This document shows positions 1 through 13,684 of a DNA stretch of 64,000 bases, piece by piece. The DNA comes from an uncultured Micavibrio sp. (lineage in GTDB: Bacteria; Patescibacteriota; Minisyncoccia; Moranbacterales; GCA-2747515), in the NCBI GenBank assembly GCA_964534895.1, contig CAZHQB010000001.1:561-64560 (forward strand), in the 5' to 3' direction. Made by a program: the position numbers and the translations under genes. The notes below the pieces were generated by a model that worked only from the letters and a program-made list of their open reading frames with translations, was not told the origin of the DNA and searched no databases. Positions within the stretch are counted from its first letter, which is position 1. Each line of letters begins with the position of its first letter.

Positions 1-450
1 AATAAAAATGATTTTCATTTGTATAAAATATCGTCAAATGTAGGTTTTATTGTCTATGATTTTTCACAAGAGGCTTGTATTAAATTTACATTTAAAGAGG
101 CAAGTGATGAGCAAGGTGGTTATAATGCTCCAGCACTTTGGATGGAATCGGATACTTCTGTAGGTGTAAATGATACTGATGATTGTATTAATGGCCAAGG
201 AGTGTGGAGTCCTAGTAGTGATACATATAAAAAGCAAAGATTAACAAGTGGTAGTGTAACGGGTGTATTTATGGTTGCTCCGACTAGATATATGGATCAC
301 AAAAATTCTCGTACGACTGATACAATGGGTAGAGCGACAATAGGCATGAAAGTAGAACCAAAAAATAATTCAGATACAGATCATGTAGATCCTGTTTATA
401 TTCAGAGTTCTGTGGCTTTGTATGATTATCCATCAGATTTGAGTTTTTAA
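1..450 (+). CDS. Hypothetical protein, 5'-truncated by the window edge; probably secreted or surface-exposed
   Basis: The frame is open from nt 1 (no stop upstream of the TTG at 19) and ends at TAA 448-450. The protein is Ser/Thr/Asp-rich. I recognise no family. Confidence 0.45.
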   Translation, partial: NKNDFHLYKISSNVGFIVYDFSQEACIKFTFKEASDEQGGYNAPALWMESDTSVGVNDTDDCINGQGVWSPSSDTYKKQRLTSGSVTGVFMVAPTRYMDHKNSRTTDTMGRATIGMKVEPKNNSDTDHVDPVYIQSSVALYDYPSDLSF

Positions 451-479
451 CAAAAAGATAAATTTTTTCTGTAGAGATT

Positions 480-596
480 GGTTTATGTCTAGTTTTACAT
501 GTTTGGAAATGTAATGGACACAAAAACATATCGTACCTAGGTACAATCTCGCTTTTGCACAATGAACTTTGCAGGAACGGGTTTGTAACCCGTTTT
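480..596 (+). repeat. Intergenic repeat element, copy A: about 95-nt core, one 27-nt unit and an 8-bp hairpin
   Basis: It is about 80% identical to 2235-2330 and shares the block ATGTTTGGAAATGTAATGGA. It ends in the palindrome AACGGGTT-TGT-AACCCGTT (576-594) followed by TTTTGG. Confidence 0.5.
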
Positions 597-676
597 GGAT
601 GTTTAGAGATATAGTTTTATTTTTGCAAAATAAGGTGAAATTTAATTCTTACAAAATAATTAATAATTATATTTAT

Positions 677-2209
677 ATGAAAAAACAAAAAGGATCTGTG
701 TTAGTATTTGCGCTTATTATATTATCTTTTATACTTTTGGCAACATTTTCGCTTTCGTCGATTTCTATGATTGAGCGTAGGAGTGCTGATATCACTGTTA
801 ATTCTTCGTCGGCATTTCAACAAGCAGATAAAGGGATGGAAGAGTTTTTGCAAGGTATTTATAAAGATCTTGACCCAAATAATACGTTAAATGATTTTGC
901 AGATGCATTGAATAATATGTATGGAGGAGGACACGATTACGATTGTCAGTCATCGTCAGGACCTAATCCTCCACCAGTTAGAATGGGTAATCAAAATACA
1001 GAGTTTATCATTACTGCATATACAGATGAAGGTGATACGGGTGATGACACAGTAGGTGAATCTAATGATAATAAGGTTACGGGAGGTTGGGGACACACTC
1101 ATGCAATTACAGATTGTGATACTCAACTTGCAGATGTGGCTAGATTTCGTTCAACTGGAAATCATAATAATGCAGCGCGTGCGGTATTTTTGCGGTTAAA
1201 AGATAGTTTGAGACGAGGACTGGTATCGCATTGGTCATTTGAAGACAGAGCACAAAATGCACGCTTAACAGATGAGGATGATTTAAAAACATCATTTATG
1301 GCTGGTGATTCGTCGAGAAATAATTATAATTTAACACTTTGTAAGTTAAACACTGCTGGTGGCGATAGTTCAGTTAAAATAAAAGATGGTGGTGTTAACG
1401 AAAATGGTGACCCAATAGATGTATATGTGCAGTCATTTGATGCGTGTGAAAAGGCTACTTCTAAGATGAATCATAAAAAACAAGGTAATCCTTCCTGTGA
1501 TGAATGTAATACTAATGGTTCATGGGTAGAGGGAATTGTAAAAGAAGAAGTTGGAGTTTCAAACGTTGGAAGTGGGGAGGGTGATGCGGCATTTGGCACT
1601 GATGCAAAAGAAGCATTGCATTTTAGTGGAAATACTTATCTTACTGCGCTTGTGAAGGATGGGGAATGTCACGGTTCGCCATACGATTGCTCAATCACAG
1701 CAAATTATGTAGACAATAGTAGTGCAGATAAATTAAATTTGACAAATGGGATTTCAATTTCTGCATGGATAAAATCTACTGGCACTGGCACAATTTTATC
1801 TAAATGGAATAATGATAAAGGATATAAATTATATGTCAAAAGCGCTAATGAAGTTTGTTTTGAGTTGAATGATAAAAAAATATGTAAAGATAATCTGTCT
1901 TTGGATAGTTGGACAAATATTATAGTTACTTGGCGCAAAGAGAATGGCGATAATGATATGAAAATGTATATTAACACAGAGAAACAGGGCTTTGCACCAA
2001 ATGTGAGTTTAACTAATGGTATAAATGTGCTGTCAGATGTGCCATTGTCAATTGGAGCACAGTTAGGTGATAATTATACTGCAAGTAATTATTTTACAGG
2101 TGATATTGATGATGTGAGAATATGGGACAGGGCATTGACTGAAGCTGAAGTACAAAGATTATGTATAGATGCAGTAGGAAAGAAAGATAATGGAAGTTGT
2201 GATATATAA
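677..2209 (+). CDS. Secreted or membrane-anchored protein with a C-terminal LamG/concanavalin-A-like lectin domain
   Basis: The ATG at 677 is followed by a hydrophobic signal-anchor (VLVFALIILSFILLATF). The C-terminal segment ISISAWIKSTGTGTILSKW...TGDIDDVRIWDRALTEAEV matches the LamG-like jelly-roll signature. The TTG at 569 in the ORF track is an upstream artefact lying inside the repeat. Confidence 0.75.
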   Translation: MKKQKGSVLVFALIILSFILLATFSLSSISMIERRSADITVNSSSAFQQADKGMEEFLQGIYKDLDPNNTLNDFADALNNMYGGGHDYDCQSSSGPNPPPVRMGNQNTEFIITAYTDEGDTGDDTVGESNDNKVTGGWGHTHAITDCDTQLADVARFRSTGNHNNAARAVFLRLKDSLRRGLVSHWSFEDRAQNARLTDEDDLKTSFMAGDSSRNNYNLTLCKLNTAGGDSSVKIKDGGVNENGDPIDVYVQSFDACEKATSKMNHKKQGNPSCDECNTNGSWVEGIVKEEVGVSNVGSGEGDAAFGTDAKEALHFSGNTYLTALVKDGECHGSPYDCSITANYVDNSSADKLNLTNGISISAWIKSTGTGTILSKWNNDKGYKLYVKSANEVCFELNDKKICKDNLSLDSWTNIIVTWRKENGDNDMKMYINTEKQGFAPNVSLTNGINVLSDVPLSIGAQLGDNYTASNYFTGDIDDVRIWDRALTEAEVQRLCIDAVGKKDNGSCDI

Positions 2210-2234
2210 TTTTATAGAAATTTTTGCAGAAGTT

Positions 2235-2440
2235 GGTTTGTAACTAGTTCCTTATGTTTGGAAATGTAATGGATACAGAAATATATCGGACCGAAGCACA
2301 ACCTCGCTCCAGCACAATTAAGGCACAACTTTACTCCTACATAATTAAGACTTAACCTCGCTTCTGCATAATTTTGCACCTGCGTGTTGAGTGCAACCTT
2401 ATTTTTGTTTAATAATGCACAACTCTACTTTTGTAATTAT
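2235..2440 (+). repeat. Intergenic repeat element, copy B: about 95-nt core plus three or more tandem 27-nt units
   Basis: The core matches 480-575. Tandem units are GCACAACCTCGCTCCAGCACAATTAAG (2296-2322), GCACAACTTTACTCCTACATAATTAAG (2323-2349) and ACTTAACCTCGCTTCTGCATAATTTTG (2350-2376), followed by degenerate copies up to about 2440. Confidence 0.5.
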
Positions 2441-2473
2441 GGTACAGTACTACTTCTATAAAATTTAAAATAA

Positions 2474-4558
<2,085 letters not shown>

Positions 4559-4633
4559 TAAAATTTTTAGATATTGTACAAAATTTAAGTAATGACATAT
4601 AATTAGAAGTGAGATTATTAGTAAATATATTTT

Positions 4634-5449
4634 ATGACAGAAGAAAAAAATATCCAAAATACACAAACACCACCAAAAGCAACACAACCACAGGAAGTTT
4701 TACAACAGGGATCTAGTAGTGCACAACGATTTCATTATAGTGGATTTTGGGTGCGTGGAGCTGCACGTATAATTGATGGTTTAATTATAGGTCCTATAGT
4801 TGCTATTATTGTATTACCGGTTGGTTTTGTAGTAGGTATGGTGTCTTCCATGAATGATTCTGTATTTATAAATATTGTTGGTCAAGTTATTTTTGCAATC
4901 ATTGGACTTATGGTTGGATGGGGCTACTATATATTTATGACATATAAGTTTCAAGCAACTCTCGGTAAAATGGCAGTTGGAGCAAAAGTAATTAATGAAA
5001 ATGGACAAAAATTATCATTAGGTAGTGTAATTTTGCGTGAGACAGTAGGTAAATTTGTTTCTGGACTTATACTTAGTATTGGATATTTGATGGCAGCATT
5101 TACTTCAAAAAAACAAGCATTACATGATATGATAGCACATTCAGCTGTAATTTATAAGGATGCTCAAAAAGGCGCAAATAGAACTGTTGTTTCTATTGTC
5201 TATGTTCTGTATGGTTTGTTGCTCATGATGCTTTTTGCTATAATATTTTTTGTCATTTTTATTGTAGGACTTGCTGGTTTTCAAGCTACTCATTCTGGCA
5301 ATACTTCAAATTCTGTTTTTAATAGCATAAAAAATGAGGTAGAACATGACGATAATTTTTTGAAAGATTTAGATGATGATATAAATAATATATCAAATGA
5401 TAAACAAAATTACGATATGATGAATTATGATGATGAAGTAAATTATTAA
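4634..5449 (+). CDS. RDD-family membrane protein
   Basis: A cytoplasmic N-terminus is followed by several TM helices. The segments FWVRGAARIIDGLII and ALHDMIAHSAVI fit the RDD domain. Confidence 0.55.
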   Translation: MTEEKNIQNTQTPPKATQPQEVLQQGSSSAQRFHYSGFWVRGAARIIDGLIIGPIVAIIVLPVGFVVGMVSSMNDSVFINIVGQVIFAIIGLMVGWGYYIFMTYKFQATLGKMAVGAKVINENGQKLSLGSVILRETVGKFVSGLILSIGYLMAAFTSKKQALHDMIAHSAVIYKDAQKGANRTVVSIVYVLYGLLLMMLFAIIFFVIFIVGLAGFQATHSGNTSNSVFNSIKNEVEHDDNFLKDLDDDINNISNDKQNYDMMNYDDEVNY

Positions 5450-5493
5450 AGAAATACAAACTTTATAAAACTAATAGGATAATAAGACAATAT

Positions 5494-5784
5494 ATGAATT
5501 TAACAAAAGAAGAAGTACATGATGTTGCTCTTTTGGCGAGAATTGGTGTAAGTGATGATGAGGTAGATTCTTATCAAAAAGATTTATCAAGTGTATTGGG
5601 ATATTTTGAAAAATTACAAGAAGTAGATACAGAAAATATAGAAGAAATTGGTCACATAACAGGTGTAACAAATGTATATCGTGTAGATAGTGTAGTAGAA
5701 ATGGAACAAGATGGAAAAGAGTTAATAATGAAAAATGTACCGAACAAACGAGATGACTATATAGAAGTAAAAAGTGTATTATAA
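5494..5784 (+). CDS. gatC: Glu-tRNA(Gln)/Asp-tRNA(Asn) amidotransferase subunit C
   Basis: A 96-aa protein with the motifs LTKEEVHDVALLARIGVSDDEV and LSSVLGYFEKLQEVDTENI. It sits immediately upstream of gatA. Confidence 0.85.
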   Translation: MNLTKEEVHDVALLARIGVSDDEVDSYQKDLSSVLGYFEKLQEVDTENIEEIGHITGVTNVYRVDSVVEMEQDGKELIMKNVPNKRDDYIEVKSVL

Positions 5785-5859
5785 GTTAAATCAAAGTATG
5801 AAGAGATAAAAAGTAAATATAAAATTATTTACTTGTTTGTATGTTTATAAATTTTTAGT

Positions 5860-7287
5860 ATGATTAGAGATTTACATAAAAAATTATTAGATGGGGAAAT
5901 AACTTCCAAAGAGCTTACTCAGAAATATTTGGATACAATTGAACAAACTGATTCGGAGTTGAATGCTTTTTTGACTATAACAAAAGATTTGGCTTTGAAA
6001 CAGGCTGATGAAGTAGATGAAAAAATAAAAAAAGGTGAAAAGGTTGATCTTTTGGCAGGATTGCCTTGTGCTCTTAAAGATAATATTTGTGTAACAAATG
6101 TAAAAACAACAGCTTCTTCTAAAATACTTGAAAATTATATTGCACCATATGATGCAACTGTTTCAAAGCGTATAAAAGATAGCGGTGCAGTTATACTTGG
6201 TAAAACAAATTTGGATGAATTTGCGTGTGGAGGTAGTACGGAGACCTCAGCCTTTGGTCCAAGTAAAAACCCTATTGATACAAGTCGTGTACCTGGTGGT
6301 TCTAGTGGTGGAAGTGTTGTGGCTGTTGCTTCTGGTGAAAGTGTGTGGGCATTGGGCACTGATACAGGAGGATCTGTGAGACAGCCATCAAGTTTTTGTG
6401 GCACTGTTGGACTTAAACCTACTTATGGGAGAGTGTCACGTTATGGAATAATTGCAATGGGTTCAAGTCTTGATCAGGTAGGTCCTATTACAAAAACTGT
6501 AGAAGATGCTGCAATAGTATTGTCTAGAATTGCTGGGCGCGATGAGTTGGATGCTACTAGTGCAAAAAGTAGTGACAAACCATATGAAGATTATTGTGTT
6601 GGGGATATAAAAGGTGCAAAAATTGGAATACCTAGTGAATATTTGGGAGAGGGATTGGATGATTCTGTAAAAGAGGTGTTTATGAAAGCTGTTGAGAAAT
6701 ATAAAAAGTTAGGGGCTAGTGTAGTAGATGTAAAATTGCCACATACTGAATATGCTCTAGCTACGTATTACATTGTTATGCCAGCAGAGCTTAGCTCAAA
6801 TCTTGCTAGGTTAGATGGCATGCGTTATGGAGCAGTAGAGGGTGTAGAACCAAAAACGATACTAGATCAGTATTTAGAATCTCGTGGCAAAGGATTTGGA
6901 GCTGAAGTAAAAAGACGTATTATGCTTGGTACGTATATATTATCAGCGGGATACTATGATGCTTATTATAAAAAGGCTCAAAAAGTACGTGCACTTATTA
7001 AAAAAGATTTTGAAAATGTATTTGAAGAAGTTGATTATATTTTTACTCCGACATCACCAGAAGTAGCATTTAAATTTGGAGAAAAAACAGATGATCCTTT
7101 GAAAATGTATTTGTCTGATATTTATACGGTAACAGCAAATTTAGCTGGTGTGCCAGCGATATCTATCCCTATTGGAACTGTAGATGTAGATGGAAAGGCA
7201 TTGCCAGTTGGTGGGCAACTCATGGGTAAGTGGTTTGATGAAGAGGGAATACTTAATGCTGGCTATACATTTGAAATAAATTCATAA
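5860..7287 (+). CDS. gatA: Glu-tRNA(Gln) amidotransferase subunit A (amidase signature family)
   Basis: Carries the amidase signature GGSSGGSVVAVASG and the catalytic Ser/Lys context. 475 aa. Confidence 0.95.
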   Translation: MIRDLHKKLLDGEITSKELTQKYLDTIEQTDSELNAFLTITKDLALKQADEVDEKIKKGEKVDLLAGLPCALKDNICVTNVKTTASSKILENYIAPYDATVSKRIKDSGAVILGKTNLDEFACGGSTETSAFGPSKNPIDTSRVPGGSSGGSVVAVASGESVWALGTDTGGSVRQPSSFCGTVGLKPTYGRVSRYGIIAMGSSLDQVGPITKTVEDAAIVLSRIAGRDELDATSAKSSDKPYEDYCVGDIKGAKIGIPSEYLGEGLDDSVKEVFMKAVEKYKKLGASVVDVKLPHTEYALATYYIVMPAELSSNLARLDGMRYGAVEGVEPKTILDQYLESRGKGFGAEVKRRIMLGTYILSAGYYDAYYKKAQKVRALIKKDFENVFEEVDYIFTPTSPEVAFKFGEKTDDPLKMYLSDIYTVTANLAGVPAISIPIGTVDVDGKALPVGGQLMGKWFDEEGILNAGYTFEINS

Positions 7288-7304
7288 AGACGTTGCTTAG
7301 TATC

Positions 7305-7832
7305 ATGGAAGAAATTTTTATTACAATATTTACGACAATTCAGGAATGGTACACTTTATTCTTACAAAGTACAACATTTTTTGTGATTAAAATTTTTCTT
7401 GTAATTTATTCTACTGTTTTAATTGTTGATGTTATGATGCTTGTATATTTAAGTGATGTTCGTAATCAATTACGTAAATTACAAAAAGGTGTTTCAAATA
7501 TAAAAGCAACTAAAAAATCAGATATGAGAGAGTGGGCATCTATTATGAGTAGATTAAAATCACAAGATGAAAAACAATATAGAGCTGCGTTATTGCAAGC
7601 TGATCAATTTGTTTATAAATCATTAGAATTGCAAGGGTATAATGGAACAAATTTTGCAGAACGTTTAGCGCAGATTCCAGCAGGTGCCTACACATCTTTG
7701 GATGTTGTTCGTGATGTGCATTCACTTGTAAAGCAGATTGTAGCAAAAGATGATTTGCGTATAACAAAGGAGCAAGCAAAAAATGCTTTGGGTGTATATG
7801 AAATATTTTTACAAGCTTTGGATGTCTTGTGA
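7305..7832 (+). CDS. Hypothetical membrane protein
   Basis: ATG at 7305 (the track's start at 7293 is a TTG). The N-terminus has TM helices. I recognise no family. Confidence 0.45.
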   Translation: MEEIFITIFTTIQEWYTLFLQSTTFFVIKIFLVIYSTVLIVDVMMLVYLSDVRNQLRKLQKGVSNIKATKKSDMREWASIMSRLKSQDEKQYRAALLQADQFVYKSLELQGYNGTNFAERLAQIPAGAYTSLDVVRDVHSLVKQIVAKDDLRITKEQAKNALGVYEIFLQALDVL

Positions 7833-7853
7833 TTTAGATTTATATTAGAATAG

Positions 7854-7882
7854 TTGACAGTATATTTTTTGCATGGTACAAT
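7854..7882 (+). promoter_or_regulatory. Sigma70-like promoter for the tRNA operon: TTGACA, 17-nt spacer, TACAAT
   Basis: Both hexamers are near consensus and the spacing is 17 nt. The -10 box lies about 40 nt upstream of the first tRNA. Confidence 0.5.
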
Positions 7883-7921
7883 TTTTTTTGTATATGGAGA
7901 TATATTTTTGTATTAAATTAT

Positions 7922-7995
7922 AGCGGGGTAGAGCAGTTTGGCAGCTCGTCTGGCTCATAACCAGGAGGTCGTAGGTTCAAATCCTACCCCCGCAA
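7922..7995 (+). tRNA. tRNA-Met, CAT anticodon, initiator type
   Basis: The cloverleaf has a CTCATAA anticodon loop and an A11:T24 D-stem pair. Positions 1:72 are mismatched (A:A). The sequence is very close to bacterial tRNA-fMet (AGCTCGTC-GGCTCATAACC-AGGTCGT-GGTTCAAATCC). Confidence 0.85.
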
Positions 7996-8057
7996 CAACC
8001 AAGTTATAAAGTTTATAAAGTTAAATACTTTTAGCTTTATAACTTATAACTGAGTAA

Positions 8058-8131
8058 GTCAGGGTAGCTCAGTTGGTTAGAGCGCGGGACTCATAAGCCC
8101 GAGGTCGAGAGTTCAAATCTCTCCCCTGATA
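8058..8131 (+). tRNA. tRNA with CAT anticodon, elongator type: tRNA-Met or tRNA-Ile2 (lysidine)
   Basis: The cloverleaf has a GCTC/GAGC D stem (Y11:R24), a CTCATAA anticodon loop and a GAGAG/CTCTC T arm with a TTCAAAT loop. Positions 1:72 form a G:U pair. Confidence 0.75.
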
Positions 8132-8157
8132 CATGTCGAAATTTAATATTTTTTGTT

Positions 8158-8235
8158 GGGGGCGTAGCTCAGCCTGGTTAGAGCGTCTGCCTGTCACGCA
8201 GAAGGTCGCCGGTTCGAGCCCGGTCGTCCCCGCCA
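8158..8235 (+). tRNA. tRNA-Asp (GTC), CCA encoded
   Basis: Anticodon loop CTGTCAC, T arm GCCGG-TTCGAGC-CCGGT, acceptor GGGGGCG/CGTCCCC with discriminator G, and an encoded CCA. Confidence 0.9.
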
Positions 8236-8415
8236 ATAATAGTTTTGTATTATATAAAAGTAAAACAATCAGCATGAATATGATTGTTTTTTTATATTTT
8301 GAAGGAATATCTATATAAAATAAAAGGTCCTCAATGCAAATGTGCATATGAATCCCTTTTGAAAAAATATCGGAAAAAATAAATTTTTTCCCTGTAGTTC
8401 AGGTGGGTTTCATGC

Positions 8416-8470
8416 CCCAGTCATATTTTTAGACAAAGATTATTATTCTTTATTTAAAAATATGACTGGG
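8416..8470. other. Perfect 15-bp inverted repeat (CCCAGTCATATTTTT / AAAAATATGACTGGG) enclosing a 25-nt AT-rich loop
   Basis: Read directly from the sequence. It lies in a 650-nt non-coding stretch downstream of tRNA-Asp. Confidence 0.4.
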
Positions 8471-8828
8471 TTATTCAGCACACTATTCTGAAGACCTTCC
8501 AATTATATTATAGTAATTTTTTTATATTTTTGTCAATATATAAATTTTGTATTTATAACCATTTATCTTTCTCTAAAAAGTTCGTTATAAAATCCGTTAT
8601 CTCGAATGTAAACTAAGTGGGATAGAAATCTCGATATTCACAATATTAGTGATCACTTTTAGAGTTATGAAATTTCTTGACTTCATTTGTAATGTACTCG
8701 AGATAGCAAATTATATAAATCGTATTCAACATGTAAAATGTAAACAGCACTACGATATCCAACAAGTAATGTAATTAAGTTTTTTTACTATTATGTTGGA
8801 TAAATTTGAATAGTTACGTATATTTTTC

Positions 8829-8857
8829 TTGTCAAAAATTGCTCTAGAGAGTATAAT
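8829..8857 (+). promoter_or_regulatory. Sigma70-like promoter: TTGTCA, 17-nt spacer, TATAAT
   Basis: Consensus -10, near-consensus -35 and 17-nt spacing. It sits 35 nt upstream of the gene at 8892. Confidence 0.5.
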
Positions 8858-8891
8858 TACAAGTGAAATATTTACAAGAAAAATATAATTT

Positions 8892-11283
<2,392 letters not shown>

Positions 11284-11303
11284 TTTATTTTAATTGTAAT
11301 AAA

Positions 11304-11924
11304 ATGACAAAAAAGATAAATAAAGCAGAAAAAAAAGAAAAAACATTTGATGAATATTATAGAAAAAATATTCTTGCAACCAAAAATTCTCTTGAGAGAA
11401 TTAATATTGTATGTGAAAGACTTAAAAAGAAATATGAGGATTATGAGGAGACAAAAGAATTTATAGAATATATAAAATCTGTAGAGGAGATATTTATGAG
11501 TGCAAAAAAAGAATCTTGGAGTATTGAAAAAACAGAGGATGAGTTGATAAAAGGAGAGATTTATTTATTGTCTCAATCTACTGGTATAAAAGAGGAAATA
11601 TTTGTGAGTATATATGAAGAATTTGCACAAACTAGTCATAATGTTGCAAAAATTCAAGAAATTGCAAGTGCACTTATTGAAAAATATAGTAATATCGAAG
11701 ACTGTTTTGAATGTGAGGGCTGTAGAGAATTTATTAGGTATGTTAAGGATGCTTTGCTGGTATTTTCTAAATCATTAGAAGGAAATGAAGCTTTTGATGA
11801 AATTAGTGAAGTAAAGATGGAATTTATAAAGTTACAAATGCAGAGGATGTCAGAAGATGATAAACCGCCATTTGAAATTTTACAAGAGATTTATGAAGAG
11901 TTTGTTAATGGATTAAAAAAATAG
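11304..11924 (+). CDS. Hypothetical protein
   Basis: 206 aa, Glu/Lys-rich, with a CFECEGC cysteine cluster. I recognise no family. Confidence 0.45.
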   Translation: MTKKINKAEKKEKTFDEYYRKNILATKNSLERINIVCERLKKKYEDYEETKEFIEYIKSVEEIFMSAKKESWSIEKTEDELIKGEIYLLSQSTGIKEEIFVSIYEEFAQTSHNVAKIQEIASALIEKYSNIEDCFECEGCREFIRYVKDALLVFSKSLEGNEAFDEISEVKMEFIKLQMQRMSEDDKPPFEILQEIYEEFVNGLKK

Positions 11925-12003
11925 ATACACAAAATACTTGTAAAAAAGAAAAATTTGGTGTATATTTGGACACAGGTTTTATTTAGTTTAATTTTATGTT
12001 TTT

Positions 12004-13278
12004 ATGCTTGGAAAATTCAAAAATATTTTTGCAGTAAAAGAATTGCGTAACAAAATATTATTTATATTTTTTGTATTGATAGTTTTTCGTTTTGCTGCAA
12101 ATATTCCGCTTCCAGGTGTAAGTGTAGAGAGATTGCAGGAACTTTTTGAGTCAAATCAATTGTTGGGAATGTTAAATATGTTTTCTGGAGGTGGTTTGTC
12201 TAACATCTCGATTGTTTTGTTGGGAGTTGGTCCATATATTACATCTTCGATTATTATGCAACTTATGACGATGATTGTACCAAAGTTTGAGCAGATGAAT
12301 AAAGAGGAAGGGGAAGCAGGACGTCAAAAATTTAATATGATTACACGTGTGTTAACTGTACCATTAGCCATTGTTCAAACAGTTGGTATGATTACATTAT
12401 TAAAATCACAAGGTGTAATTCAAAATTTAAATTCATTCAATTTTGTAATTATGGTTTTAACAGCAGTAGCTGGTACAATATTTCTGATGTGGCTTGGTGA
12501 ACTTATTACAGAGAAAAAATTAGGTAATGGTGTGTCGATTATAATTTTTGCCGGTATTGTTGCCAGTCTTCCCACAGCTTTTATACAATTTAAGGCAACC
12601 TTTGATTCGACTCAAATTTTTACTTATTTGACCTTTTTGGGTATTACTATTGTTACGATTTTGGGAGTTGTTTTTGTTACTGAAGGTCAGCGAATTATAC
12701 CCGTATCATATGCGCGTAGAGCTCGTGGTGGACAACAATATGGTGGAGTACGTACTCATTTGCCACTTCGTGTGAATCAAGCCGGAGTCATACCGATTAT
12801 TTTTGCTGTTTCTCTGGTACTTTTTCCTAGAATGATTGGGCAATTTTTGATGCAAATGAATAATGGAACTCTTGCAGCATTTGGAACAACCCTTACCAAC
12901 CTTTTTGCAAATCAATGGGTATATGGAATAACATATTTCCTATTAGTTGTAGCTTTTACATATTTTTATACGGCTGTAATTTTTGATCCAGAAAAAATTG
13001 CAGAAAATTTACAAAGACAAGGGGGCTATGTAGAGGGTATGCGACCAGGTAATGAAACAGCAGAATATTTAGGTAAAATAGTGAATCGTATTACTCTTAC
13101 AGGTTCATTATTTTTGGGACTTATTGCAGTTCTTCCTATTATTGTTCAAGCATTTATTACAAATTCTCAAACTCTTACAATCAGAGGAGCGAGTATTTTA
13201 ATTATTGTTTCTGTTGTTATAGAAATAATAAAGCAAGTCGATGCTCAATTAGTTATGCGTGATTATGAAAGTATTTGA
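12004..13278 (+). CDS. secY: Preprotein translocase subunit SecY
   Basis: Ten TM segments, the N-terminal motif RNKILFIFFVLIVFRFAANIPLPGV and a plug/hinge region. 424 aa. Confidence 0.95.
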   Translation: MLGKFKNIFAVKELRNKILFIFFVLIVFRFAANIPLPGVSVERLQELFESNQLLGMLNMFSGGGLSNISIVLLGVGPYITSSIIMQLMTMIVPKFEQMNKEEGEAGRQKFNMITRVLTVPLAIVQTVGMITLLKSQGVIQNLNSFNFVIMVLTAVAGTIFLMWLGELITEKKLGNGVSIIIFAGIVASLPTAFIQFKATFDSTQIFTYLTFLGITIVTILGVVFVTEGQRIIPVSYARRARGGQQYGGVRTHLPLRVNQAGVIPIIFAVSLVLFPRMIGQFLMQMNNGTLAAFGTTLTNLFANQWVYGITYFLLVVAFTYFYTAVIFDPEKIAENLQRQGGYVEGMRPGNETAEYLGKIVNRITLTGSLFLGLIAVLPIIVQAFITNSQTLTIRGASILIIVSVVIEIIKQVDAQLVMRDYESI

Positions 13279-13349
13279 ATAAATTCTACAATAATGATTT
13301 TTGAATTTTTTTAATATAAAATTATTCGTAAGATTATAGATATAATAAT

Positions 13350-13625
13350 ATGGATAAACATGTTACAATTAGAGTTACTGGTAGTGTGCAAGGTGTTTAC
13401 TTTCGAAAATCAACTAAGGAATTTGCTGATGGCATTGGTTTGGTTGGATATGTTAAAAATAATATGGATGGGACTGTAACGGCTGAGGCATGTGGTACTG
13501 ATGAGCAATTAGAGAAAATAATATCTTGGTGTAAAAGTGGCCCAAATAAAGCACATGTGGACAAAATTGAGTATAATATAACGAGTAAATGCAATAAACA
13601 TTATAAAATATTTGAATTTTTATAG
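13350..13625 (+). CDS. acyP: Acylphosphatase
   Basis: A 91-aa protein with the motif VTGSVQGVYFRKST and GYVKNNMDGTV, in the usual acylphosphatase arrangement. Confidence 0.85.
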   Translation: MDKHVTIRVTGSVQGVYFRKSTKEFADGIGLVGYVKNNMDGTVTAEACGTDEQLEKIISWCKSGPNKAHVDKIEYNITSKCNKHYKIFEFL

Positions 13626-13684
13626 ACAAGAAGAATTATAAGTTGTTGGATTATTTTTTAATTTATTTAGTAGATTATAATAAA

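Noticed and set aside
569-2440. Diversity-generating retroelement (TR/VR pair) around the LamG-type surface protein, a common feature of CPR lectin-fold genes
   Set aside because: The repeated sequences are intergenic, not at the 3' end of the coding region. No adenine-specific TR/VR mismatch pattern is present. No reverse-transcriptase ORF is in the window.
480-2440. Integron attC sites or MITE terminal repeats as an explanation for the flanking repeats
   Set aside because: No R''/R' core sites (RYYYAAC...GTTRRRY) are present. No clear terminal inverted repeats or target-site duplication are present, only an imperfect GGTTTGTAAC direct repeat.
8069-8347. Minus-strand 92-aa ORF and plus-strand 61-aa ORF (8133..8318) in the ORF track
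   Set aside because: They overlap the three tRNA genes, and their translations are the characteristic tRNA-shadow peptides.
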